From Opitutaceae bacterium (lineage in GTDB: Bacteria; Verrucomicrobiota; Verrucomicrobiia; Opitutales; Opitutaceae), in NCBI GenBank assembly GCA_028280955.1, contig JANQKU010000139.1, positions 1 through 56,491 of the forward strand: DNA of 56,491 nt, read 5' to 3'. Every line of letters starts with the position of its first letter. Positions within the stretch are counted from its first letter, which is position 1. Of this stretch, positions 20,609 to 29,232 are shown piece after piece. A model generated the notes under the pieces. That model had not been told where the DNA came from. It saw only the letters and a list, made by a program, of their open reading frames with translations, and ran no database searches. The translations under genes were made by a program, and so were the position numbers.

Positions 20609-21913
20609 ATGGGTTTGTTCATAACTATAACCTACATAATATTTTTGTTTATACGTCCACAGGATTGGTTGCCACTTCTTAAGTCCTTTCATCCTATGGA
20701 TATCATCATGCTGGGCGGAATCTATTTACTATTTACTGAGCTTTTTAAAACAGGTAGTAAAAAACGACTGACAGACTGCCCTCAATTGTGGCTATTGTTA
20801 GGTCTTTGGTCCATTTTAATACTTACTTTTCCTTCAGAAGCTCCTTCAACCTTTATGATGATGCTCCAACGTATTTTGCCATTTACAATGGTGGTTTTGT
20901 TCGTGAGGTCTCAAAAAGATTATGAACTACTATTAAACTGCCTACTAATTGGTCTAACCTTCTTATGCATTCACTGCACAAAACAACACTTCACTGGCAC
21001 GGGATTTGGCGGAGTTGATCCTCTTATGCGCCAGGCTCCTGACGGCTCAACAGTTAGGCAAGTAAGAGCTTTCGGCATCTTCAGTGGTCCAAATGAAATG
21101 GGAACGGTCTGTGGCATCGGCATGGTCATTACCCTTTCATTTATCCGCATATACAAAAATAATCTACTTAGGTTGATCACATACTCAGCGCTATTCCTTT
21201 TGATGATGAATGTGCTACTTTGGACTGACAGTCGGCAAGCGATACTCATCATGGCTGGAGGTATAGGAGGAGCATTTTTTTCATGGAAACGCAAGTGGAT
21301 CACACTTGCTGTTTTGCCAATTTTACTTATCGCGGGCATGGGGGCTTCAGTGCGCTGGGGAGGGGATATCGGATCAGACAGAAGTGTGGAAAAGCGTGTG
21401 ATGGCCATAACAGACGGTCTGCATATCTTCAAATCTAATCCAATTCAAGGGGTTGGTATAGGCAGATCTTATGATCGTGTCGGACAAAAAATGCCACTTC
21501 ATAATTCGTTTTTAATGCTACTTGTTGAGGCAGGAATAATTGGATTTACTGCTGCCATCGGAGCAATCTTCATCTCTTTTCTACAAAATATCTATTTACT
21601 ACGCTGCACCCCAGATTCTAAAGAAGATCAAAAGATGATCACGTTCGCAAAAACTAACATCGGCATCCTTGTAGCTCTATGCATAGGACTCTATTTCCAG
21701 AACCGACCTTACCACAACGATAATTATGTCTACGTGGGTGTGCTCACTGCATTTGCCATGAATGTAAAAGAACTATACTCGATCAAAAACCCAGGCTATT
21801 TCTCTCCATCATGGCTTCTAAAAAGAGGTGCAATTTTCATAGGATCTAGTGCAATTTTTGTGATACTAATGTTACACTTCACGAGTAAACTCTACTGGAT
21901 TAATTTCCGCTAA
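20609..21913 (+). CDS. O-antigen ligase/polymerase-family membrane protein (second copy)
   Basis: Polytopic membrane protein with a loop 'LHNSFLMLLVEAGIIG' typical of the Wzy_C/O-antigen ligase domain. Confidence 0.7.
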   Translation: MGLFITITYIIFLFIRPQDWLPLLKSFHPMDIIMLGGIYLLFTELFKTGSKKRLTDCPQLWLLLGLWSILILTFPSEAPSTFMMMLQRILPFTMVVLFVRSQKDYELLLNCLLIGLTFLCIHCTKQHFTGTGFGGVDPLMRQAPDGSTVRQVRAFGIFSGPNEMGTVCGIGMVITLSFIRIYKNNLLRLITYSALFLLMMNVLLWTDSRQAILIMAGGIGGAFFSWKRKWITLAVLPILLIAGMGASVRWGGDIGSDRSVEKRVMAITDGLHIFKSNPIQGVGIGRSYDRVGQKMPLHNSFLMLLVEAGIIGFTAAIGAIFISFLQNIYLLRCTPDSKEDQKMITFAKTNIGILVALCIGLYFQNRPYHNDNYVYVGVLTAFAMNVKELYSIKNPGYFSPSWLLKRGAIFIGSSAIFVILMLHFTSKLYWINFR

Positions 21914-21917
21914 AAGC

Positions 21918-22523
21918 ATGCCGACCAAATCTAACTACAACAGGAGGCTCAAATTCCTCACTGAAGAAGTTAAACGCGGAGAAGATGTTCTGGACGTGGG
22001 ATTCGGGGGTGCACACATCATGACTTTGTTGAGCAAAAATGGAGCTAATTGCACAGGAATTGAGATCGACAGAGAATTGGTTAACAAAGCATCAAATTTA
22101 GGTTTCAACGTGAAACTAGCAGGGGCGGAAAAACTACCCTTCGACGACGAATCATTTGACACTATAATATGTGCTGTTGCTCTTCCTTACACGGACGAAG
22201 AAATCGCGATTAAAGAGTGGCAAAGAGTATTAAAATCTACTGGAAAAGTCATCCTTACTACTCATGGCCTTGGCTTTGGATTACAAAGACTCTTATCCTT
22301 TGAAAAGCAATCCTATTATGGCTTTAGAATGCTCTTGAATACGCTCATCTATTCCTACAGCGGCAAACGTTTAAAAGGACATTGGGGAAATACACTCTGC
22401 CAGAGCAGATCATTCCTGAAAAAGCGCTATAAACGTATGAAATTAGAGCTAATTGAAGAACTCGTTGATGGAACATTTTGGGGTCTCCCAATTTACATAG
22501 GCCACAAACTTATTAAGCTTTAG
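21918..22523 (+). CDS. Class I SAM-dependent methyltransferase
   Basis: 'VLDVGFGGAH' motif I, 'AGAEKLPFDDESFD', 'LKSTGKVILT'. Confidence 0.8.
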   Translation: MPTKSNYNRRLKFLTEEVKRGEDVLDVGFGGAHIMTLLSKNGANCTGIEIDRELVNKASNLGFNVKLAGAEKLPFDDESFDTIICAVALPYTDEEIAIKEWQRVLKSTGKVILTTHGLGFGLQRLLSFEKQSYYGFRMLLNTLIYSYSGKRLKGHWGNTLCQSRSFLKKRYKRMKLELIEELVDGTFWGLPIYIGHKLIKL

Positions 22524-22565
22524 AAAAACCTGAGCAAACAAATCTATCCTTTTATTTCGGTAATA

Positions 22566-23624
22566 ATGCCGATCCGCAATGAGGCTGCTTTTATTGAACG
22601 CAGCTTTGGAGCAATATTGGAGCAAGACTATCCATCCGAGCGCTATGAAGTTCTCATTATTGATGGGATGAGTGACGATAAAACTCGCGACCTCATTCAT
22701 AGTCTATCAGAGTCGACTAGCGTATCAGTGAGGGTAATCGACAACCCTCAGAAAATTGTTCCACCCGCGATGAATCTTGGAATTAGGCATGCAAGAGGTG
22801 AAATTATCATTCGCATGGACGGGCACACTGTAGCTGCACTAGATTACCTTACAAAGTGCATTGAGGTTATGGAAAATACCAATGCTGATAATGTCGGTGG
22901 GCGGATGGATTGCGTATCAGATTCTTTGTTGGGGGATTCTATAGGAGTTGCGACTAGCCATCCATTTGGAATTGGTGGGGCTAAATTCCATTATGCTAAA
23001 GAAGCTCAAGAGGTAGATACTGTTTATTTGGGTTGCTGGAGGAAGGAGACCTTTCAACGGTATGGCCTATTCGATGAGTATTTTCTCAGAACTCAGGATT
23101 CCGAGTTCAATTACAGAACACGGATGTTAGGAGGGAAAATATGGTTAGATCCTAAAATTCAATCAAAATACCATAATCGTGCTTCAATACCGAAACTGTG
23201 GAAACAATATTTGCAATATGGGTATTGGAAGACTCGTTTGATGTATAAACTAGGTGGGAAGTTGAAATTAAGACATTTGGCAGCACCCTTTTTAGTTTCT
23301 GGGCTTCTCATTTCAACGATATTATCATTTATAGGAATAGCGATATACCTAAATCAACCAGAATTAGCATACATTGCTTACGCGTTTTTTTTCACATCTA
23401 TGATAACCCCAGTATCCTATGTCCTGGCACTATCAGTAGCAACATTATCATCGATTAGAAAATCGAATTTTAAAAAAGGTGTTCTGACTTTTTTCATTTT
23501 CCCAATCATACATTTTAGTTGGGGTTCCGGTTTTTTATGGGGACTACTAAATAGACCTGATTCTAGAAAATTTTCAGCTATTCCAGAGCTTAGCAATCAG
23601 CGACCTGAGAACACCAAGTTATAA
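22566..23624 (+). CDS. Glycosyltransferase family 2 with C-terminal TM segments (start codon uncertain)
   Basis: 'MPIRNEAAFIERS....L.QDYP....EVLIIDGMSDD' and 'RMDGH'. The conserved first strand 'PFISVI' is encoded upstream of this first ATG (see findings). Confidence 0.8.
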   Translation: MPIRNEAAFIERSFGAILEQDYPSERYEVLIIDGMSDDKTRDLIHSLSESTSVSVRVIDNPQKIVPPAMNLGIRHARGEIIIRMDGHTVAALDYLTKCIEVMENTNADNVGGRMDCVSDSLLGDSIGVATSHPFGIGGAKFHYAKEAQEVDTVYLGCWRKETFQRYGLFDEYFLRTQDSEFNYRTRMLGGKIWLDPKIQSKYHNRASIPKLWKQYLQYGYWKTRLMYKLGGKLKLRHLAAPFLVSGLLISTILSFIGIAIYLNQPELAYIAYAFFFTSMITPVSYVLALSVATLSSIRKSNFKKGVLTFFIFPIIHFSWGSGFLWGLLNRPDSRKFSAIPELSNQRPENTKL

Positions 23625-23753
23625 GGTATTTTGTTTCATGTAGAATACGTTCCCTAAAAATGCATACCCCTTTGTATCACCATAAAAGTTTGTCACTTTA
23701 GTTCAGTTCATAACGCATTTGATACTAGAATACTTTGGAAACAATGTATTGGT

Positions 23754-24812
23754 TTGTCAAAAGCAGGATATGAGGTCATTCTCATCGCTAAAATTAAAGA
23801 AGAGAATACTTGTGATCTTGTGCGGATCATACCATTCCCAGAATTCAACAACAAACTGACAAGGTTCATCTTCGCGCCAATATTGATTGGATGGAAAGCA
23901 TACAAAGTGAAGGCTGATATATATCAGTTTCATGACCCCGAGCTGATTCTTATTGGCGTATTATTGAAACTGTTGACACGAAAACCCGTGATATTTGACA
24001 TCCATGAGGATAATGTGACCGTAATCGAAAATCGTAATTATGTTACTGCGCTATTCAAACCATGCCTGAAGAAAATCTACCTATTGTTTGAGCTCATATC
24101 TAGAAAATACTTAGTCGTACTAATAGCAGAAAAATATTACAAAGAAAGGATTCCTGAAGGGGTTGAAATACTGAACTACCCTATTTTGTTAGAAACACAA
24201 AAGAAGGCATTTATTGAAAAGAGTCCTATTTCTTCACAAGCGAACAATTGGCTCCTATATACAGGCTCGACACGGAAGGATAGAGGCGCACTCCATCATG
24301 CAAACATAACTAGTTATTTACCAGATATCGGGGTTTATAGTGCCGGGAAGTGTAGCGCTGATTTATATGAAAAAATGAAAAATGTTTCAGATCCTGAAAG
24401 ACTCATCGTTGAAGGAAATAATAGCATAAATATTTCGCGAGAAAGGCTCGATTATCTGACTAGTAACTACAAATGGCTAGCTGGCTTAGCACTATTCCCG
24501 AAAACAAAACACTTTGAGAAGAAAGAACTTACAAAATTTTTTGAGTATATGCGAGATGGTATTCCCATTTTATGCTCAAACATGCCTGCATGGGAAGAGT
24601 TCGTCACCCGAAATAATGTTGGAATTGCAGTAGATCCCGAAGACGAGGAACAAATTGTAAGAGCAATTCAGTGGTTAACCGGTCATCCTGACCGGAGGCG
24701 TGTAATGGGGCAGAATGGCATCAGATTGATCAAAAAAAAATATAACTGGCAGAATGAGGAAAACAAGCTCATATCGCTTTATGAAAAACTTGATCGGCAG
24801 ACATTAGGCTAA
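23754..24812 (+). CDS. Glycosyltransferase family 4, 5' end apparently disrupted
   Basis: 'FEYMRDGIPILCSNMPAWEEFV..NNVGIAVDPED' GT4 C-domain. The conserved N-terminus 'KVCHFSSVHNAFDTRILWKQC' lies in-frame upstream of the TTG and has no canonical start. Confidence 0.65.
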   Translation: MSKAGYEVILIAKIKEENTCDLVRIIPFPEFNNKLTRFIFAPILIGWKAYKVKADIYQFHDPELILIGVLLKLLTRKPVIFDIHEDNVTVIENRNYVTALFKPCLKKIYLLFELISRKYLVVLIAEKYYKERIPEGVEILNYPILLETQKKAFIEKSPISSQANNWLLYTGSTRKDRGALHHANITSYLPDIGVYSAGKCSADLYEKMKNVSDPERLIVEGNNSINISRERLDYLTSNYKWLAGLALFPKTKHFEKKELTKFFEYMRDGIPILCSNMPAWEEFVTRNNVGIAVDPEDEEQIVRAIQWLTGHPDRRRVMGQNGIRLIKKKYNWQNEENKLISLYEKLDRQTLG

Positions 24813-24828
24813 GCAATTTACCTATTCA

Positions 24829-26022
24829 ATGCGTATATTCCTAATTAGTACTCTATATCCCAATTCAAAACAGCCGACTCGGGCTTTATACAATAAGAGG
24901 CATTTTGAAGCGCTCAAAACAATTGGGCATGAAGTGGAGGTTATTGCTCCGGTCCCATGGTATCCCGGAAAAACGAATCTGCCACCTGTGTGCGAATTTG
25001 TCGGAAAAATCTTGGTCCATCATCCAAGATTTTTTTATACGCCGGGTGTCATGATTGATCAGCACTGGAGATCCTATCGTTTTTTCGTCAAAAATATACT
25101 CGAAAGAGTGATAAAAGATGCAAGATGCAAGATGGAGGATGGGAAAATGAAAACTTCAAACTTCCAAAATAATGTCCACATCATCCTTGGATTTGTCTAC
25201 CCAGATGCTGTTGCAATGGCTTCCATTTGTAGAAATCTGGGTTTACATTACTCCGTTTTGGTCTTGGGCAGTGATTTTCGTGTCAGAACAAAACAGAAGA
25301 GATTCGCCAATAAAGTGATGATGTGCCTACAAGAGGCTCCAAGCATTTTTTGCCCTGGAAAAGCACTGAAAAACGACATGTCTGCAGCAGGAATTAATGA
25401 AGAAAAAATTTTTGCGTTTAACAATGGAACCAACAAAAAAGTGTTCTTTTATAATGAAGAAAAAATCCAAACAACACCCTACTCTCACCAAACCATATTG
25501 TTCGTAGGGAATTTGGTTGATATAAAAGCTCCGGAACGTCTGCTAAGGGCATTCGCAAAGTTTCAAACTAATAACGCTCCTACCGCCAAAGTTTTGATCG
25601 TTGGATTCGGACCACTCAAAGAACGAATGATAAGGCTCTGTGAAAAGCTGTCGATACATGACCTAGTTGAATTTCTTGGACGTCAACCACCTAACGAAAT
25701 AGCCAGAAGAATGAAACATGCTGATACTCTGTGCTTGTGTAGCAAATCAGAAGGAATGCCCAATGTCGTTATTGAGGCTCTTTCATGTGGATGTCCCGTC
25801 GTTGCCACTGCCGTAGGTGAAATACCGCATCTCATCGATGAAGGAGTCAATGGATATACTGTGCCAGTTGAAGGGCAGACGGAGGACCAAATCATTTCAT
25901 GCCTAAGCGTTAAGCTACATGAATGCACCAAAAACAACTGGAATAGGAAACAGATTGCGGAAGCGATGAATTCCTACTCTTGGGAGAATGCAGCCCAAGA
26001 AGTAACCAAAAGATTAATGTAA
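24829..26022 (+). CDS. Glycosyltransferase family 4
   Basis: 'ILFVGNLVDIKAPERLL', 'LCLCSKSEGMPNVVIEALSCGCPVVATAVGEIPHLIDEGVNGY'. Confidence 0.85.
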   Translation: MRIFLISTLYPNSKQPTRALYNKRHFEALKTIGHEVEVIAPVPWYPGKTNLPPVCEFVGKILVHHPRFFYTPGVMIDQHWRSYRFFVKNILERVIKDARCKMEDGKMKTSNFQNNVHIILGFVYPDAVAMASICRNLGLHYSVLVLGSDFRVRTKQKRFANKVMMCLQEAPSIFCPGKALKNDMSAAGINEEKIFAFNNGTNKKVFFYNEEKIQTTPYSHQTILFVGNLVDIKAPERLLRAFAKFQTNNAPTAKVLIVGFGPLKERMIRLCEKLSIHDLVEFLGRQPPNEIARRMKHADTLCLCSKSEGMPNVVIEALSCGCPVVATAVGEIPHLIDEGVNGYTVPVEGQTEDQIISCLSVKLHECTKNNWNRKQIAEAMNSYSWENAAQEVTKRLM

Positions 26023-26090
26023 ACGCAATAAAACCTATTCGTCCGTGAGCCTGAATCATCTCGTGAAAACCTTAACGTCGATTGCAAATA

Positions 26091-26858
26091 ATGTGCTCTA
26101 GAATTTGCCTAGCATTGTTGTTCGTCCTTTTTCAAAGCTCATGTATGAAGAGCGCTCCTAATGCATCAGTTCATCTTCTGACTGAGAACACTTGGCAAAA
26201 GAACTTCTCTGTTAAAAATGACATTTATGGGAAAAATGCCAAATGGTCTGAATTTGACGGAGAAGGATGCTTACGTGTGGATATTCCCAAAAATCAGCAT
26301 TACGGTGTAAGTGCTGAATATAAGTTCACACGCAAGTGGACCAACGAACCTGAAGAACTATACCTAAGTTATGAAATCATGTTTTTGAATAACTGGAATC
26401 CAAAATATGGTGGAAAACTTCCGGGGTTTTCAGGAACCTACGGCATCGCGGGATGGGGGGGGCGTCCTTCAGACGGCACCAATGGATGGTCTGCTAGATT
26501 AGGCTTTAGACCTCTTAATAATAAGACAGTAATCGGCTATTATGTCTACCATGCTGAGATGGAAGGAAATACGGGTGACGATTGGTATTTTAAGGAAGAA
26601 AACGTAAACGTATTATTGAGCAAAAATCAATGGTATAAATTACGACTACAAATAAAGCTCAACAGTATTGGAAATAAAGATGGCCGTTTAGAAGCATGGA
26701 TTGATGACCATAAGGTTTTTCAAAAAAGAGATATAGTTTTTCGAAAAACTGATCGTTTAAAAATAGAAAGTATCTGGTTGAATGTTTACATGGGTGGGAA
26801 ACAAACTGACGATATTGATAATTCCCTTCTTCTCAAAAACATGACTGTTATCAAGTGA
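26091..26858 (+). CDS. Secreted jelly-roll protein, polysaccharide-lyase-like (PL14/PF14099-type pattern)
   Basis: Signal peptide 'MCSRICLALLFVLFQSSC'. Also 'YGGKLPGFSG', 'GWSARLGFRP', 'YYVYH', 'WYKLRLQIKLNS...DGRLEAWIDD', 'IWLNVYMGG'. Assignment is by motif recall only. Confidence 0.45.
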   Translation: MCSRICLALLFVLFQSSCMKSAPNASVHLLTENTWQKNFSVKNDIYGKNAKWSEFDGEGCLRVDIPKNQHYGVSAEYKFTRKWTNEPEELYLSYEIMFLNNWNPKYGGKLPGFSGTYGIAGWGGRPSDGTNGWSARLGFRPLNNKTVIGYYVYHAEMEGNTGDDWYFKEENVNVLLSKNQWYKLRLQIKLNSIGNKDGRLEAWIDDHKVFQKRDIVFRKTDRLKIESIWLNVYMGGKQTDDIDNSLLLKNMTVIK

Positions 26859-26897
26859 ACGATTCATCTGTTAATTCCTTTACCTCTAATCACTTAA

Positions 26898-27047
26898 CTG
26901 CCATCCGAAGAACGAATCATTGCGGACTTAGCTTCTAAGTTCAAGCTCATGAAAACAACCTCATGGAATCGGAAAGCAATCGCTGATACCATGAGTGAGT
27001 ACACATGGGGAAGCGCTGCCAGTAAAATACTCACCGCAATCCAATAA
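26898..27047 (+). pseudogene. 3'-terminal remnant of a GT4 glycosyltransferase gene
   Basis: Translates to 'LPSEERIIADLASKFKLMKTTSWNRKAIADTMSEYTWGSAASKILTAIQ*'. This aligns to the C-terminus of the 24829-26022 GT4 ('TEDQIISCLSVKLHECTKNNWNRKQIAEAMNSYSWENAAQEVTKRLM*'). There is no upstream coding continuation (stop at 26895). Confidence 0.6.
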
Positions 27048-27072
27048 AACTCCATCATCTTTAAAACCTGAA

Positions 27073-28041
27073 ATGAAATACTTAGTCACCGGAGGGGCTG
27101 GATTTATAGGCTCCAACATCATTGAGCGACTTTTAGAGCTCGGACATTCAGTCGTGTGCTTGGATAATTTTGCGACTGGTAAAAGAGATAATCTTGCCGC
27201 ATTCGAAACAAACCCAAATTTCGAATCCATCGAAGGAGACATTCGTTCGTTCAAAACCTGCAACCAAGCCTGTGAGGGAATTGATATTGTCCTTCATCAA
27301 GCTGCATTAGGTTCGGTCCCGAGATCCATCAACGACCCAGCAACGAGCAACGAGGTCAACATCACCGGATTTCTAAACATGCTGATCGCCGCCAAAGAAC
27401 AACAATCCGTTCGTCGTTTTGTCTATGCGGCGAGTAGTTCGACTTACGGAGACAGTAACGGGCTACCCAAAGTAGAGGATGTCATTGGCAAGCCACTCTC
27501 TCCATATGCCGTCACCAAATATGTCAACGAGCTCTACGCTGACGTATTCTCGAAAACCTATGGAGTCGAGTGCATTGGTCTAAGATACTTCAACGTCTTT
27601 GGTCCGCGACAAGATCCGGATGGCGCCTACGCCGCGGTAATTCCAAAATTCATTTCTCTTTTTCTCAAAGGCGAATCTCCAACCATCAACGGTGATGGTT
27701 CGATCTCCAGAGATTTCACTTACATCGACAATGTAGTTCAGGCAAATCTCCTCGCCGCTGAAACTCAAAATCCAGAAGCGGTGAACCAAGTGTATAACAT
27801 CGCTTTCGGGGACAGCACTTCTCTCAATGAGATGGTCGAAGTTTTAAAACAGAAGCTCGCACAATTTAAACCCGAAGTGAGTGACATTGAAGTTCATCAC
27901 GGAGCAGACCGAATTGGCGACATCAAGCATTCTTTGGCAAGCATCGACAAAGCGAAGAGGCTATTAAAATACGATCCAAAGTTTAGTTTTTCCAAGGGTG
28001 TAGAGAAGTCCGTAAAATGGTATTTCGAAAACTTGTCATAG
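27073..28041 (+). CDS. NAD-dependent UDP-sugar 4-epimerase (WbpP/TviC-like SDR)
   Basis: 'MKYLVTGGAGFIGSN..E.LLELGHSVVCLDNFATGKRDNL', catalytic 'SPYAVTKYVNE'. The ORF-track start at 26995 runs through the upstream remnant. Confidence 0.9.
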   Translation: MKYLVTGGAGFIGSNIIERLLELGHSVVCLDNFATGKRDNLAAFETNPNFESIEGDIRSFKTCNQACEGIDIVLHQAALGSVPRSINDPATSNEVNITGFLNMLIAAKEQQSVRRFVYAASSSTYGDSNGLPKVEDVIGKPLSPYAVTKYVNELYADVFSKTYGVECIGLRYFNVFGPRQDPDGAYAAVIPKFISLFLKGESPTINGDGSISRDFTYIDNVVQANLLAAETQNPEAVNQVYNIAFGDSTSLNEMVEVLKQKLAQFKPEVSDIEVHHGADRIGDIKHSLASIDKAKRLLKYDPKFSFSKGVEKSVKWYFENLS

Positions 28042-29213
28042 CTTCTACTGCACTGATCGTCGTAGTTTGGGGAATCACGCTTGTTCATCGAAAATTCGAA
28101 AACGAAAAACTGCTAAAAGATCTCCAAATTCTCGCCCAAACACGGCTCGTTGAATTAAAAACTACTGCAGGTGCAGACGAAAGTTGGGTTTCACGTAAAA
28201 ACGGAATGTTGCAGATGATTCGAGTCGAAACAGACGATCAACTCCGGGATGCGTTGAAAGTGGCAACTCCAGGAACAAAAATAGTAATCAGTCCTGGCAA
28301 CTATTCACCGATTTCGTTCTCATTAAACGGCGAAAAAAATGCGCCCATACTCCTCGAAAGTGAAAACGGCGGTGTGACGTTTGATCACGGCCAAGACGGT
28401 ATCAATGTTGAAGGAAGTAGTTTTCTGGTTCTGTCTGGTTTGTCCGCCAACCGTAACGATCGAGCAGGCTTAAGGATCGTTAATTCGAACCACATTAAAA
28501 TCTCCAACTGCAGATTCTCTGAAAATGGGAAATGGGGTATTTTTACAGGTTTTGTTGAGCATTTGTCCATAGTTGGAAATCACTGTAATCAATCAAAAAC
28601 TCAACATGGAATCTATGTCTCTAACAGTGGTGATCACGTCACCATTCGCGAAAATCGATGCTCAGGAAACAGTGGTTCAGGTATTCAGATAAATGGAGAT
28701 CTCAATATGGGTGGAGACGGAATCATCTCAGACTGCAAAATCATTGGAAACACTCTCACTCAAAACGGGACACGAGGCGGTGCAGCGCTCAATTTCGACG
28801 GTTTGCAGAACTCGATTATCTCGAACAACTGCTTGGAGGGAAATCACGCAAGTGGCCTGGCTCTCTATCGAGTTGATGCTGCAGAAGGCGCCATAAACAA
28901 CTTGGTTTTGGAGAACAGAATCATACAACCTGAAGATGGCAGATGGTGTGTCACCATCAATAATGGAAGCTCTGGAAACATCCTTCATCGCAATACCTTT
29001 TACAACAACCACCCAACCAGGGGTTCCGTCACCATCGATGCCTCAAGTTCAGAAGGTTTTAAATCTTTCAAAAATAGCACTGGACTATGGTTTAGTGTGG
29101 ATGGAGGAGAGAGCCGAATTGAGATAGACAAATGGCAACGTCTCGGATTTGGATTGAAAAACACTCTCTTGTTTTCAGAACCAAACGCACAACCGTCAGG
29201 CGACAACAGCTAA
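28017..29213 (+). CDS. Membrane-anchored right-handed parallel beta-helix repeat protein
   Basis: N-terminal TM 'LVIASTALIVVVWGI'. Repeated 'N..I..N....N...GI' units such as 'IKISNCRFSENGKWGI', 'LSIVGNHCNQSKTQHGIYV', 'VTIRENRCSGNSGSGIQI'. Confidence 0.7.
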   Translation: MVFRKLVIASTALIVVVWGITLVHRKFENEKLLKDLQILAQTRLVELKTTAGADESWVSRKNGMLQMIRVETDDQLRDALKVATPGTKIVISPGNYSPISFSLNGEKNAPILLESENGGVTFDHGQDGINVEGSSFLVLSGLSANRNDRAGLRIVNSNHIKISNCRFSENGKWGIFTGFVEHLSIVGNHCNQSKTQHGIYVSNSGDHVTIRENRCSGNSGSGIQINGDLNMGGDGIISDCKIIGNTLTQNGTRGGAALNFDGLQNSIISNNCLEGNHASGLALYRVDAAEGAINNLVLENRIIQPEDGRWCVTINNGSSGNILHRNTFYNNHPTRGSVTIDASSSEGFKSFKNSTGLWFSVDGGESRIEIDKWQRLGFGLKNTLLFSEPNAQPSGDNS

Positions 29214-29232
29214 CTTTACTCACGAATTCCTA

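Noticed and set aside
20994-21010. Sigma-54-like CTGGCACGGGATTTGGC
   Set aside because: It lies inside the coding sequence of the O-antigen ligase-family gene. The -12 element reads TTGG rather than TTGC, so this is most likely chance.
26995-27072. Upstream extension of the epimerase ORF
   Set aside because: The extension reads through the GT4 remnant in a different frame. The family N-terminus 'MKYLVTGGAGFIGS' begins at 27073.
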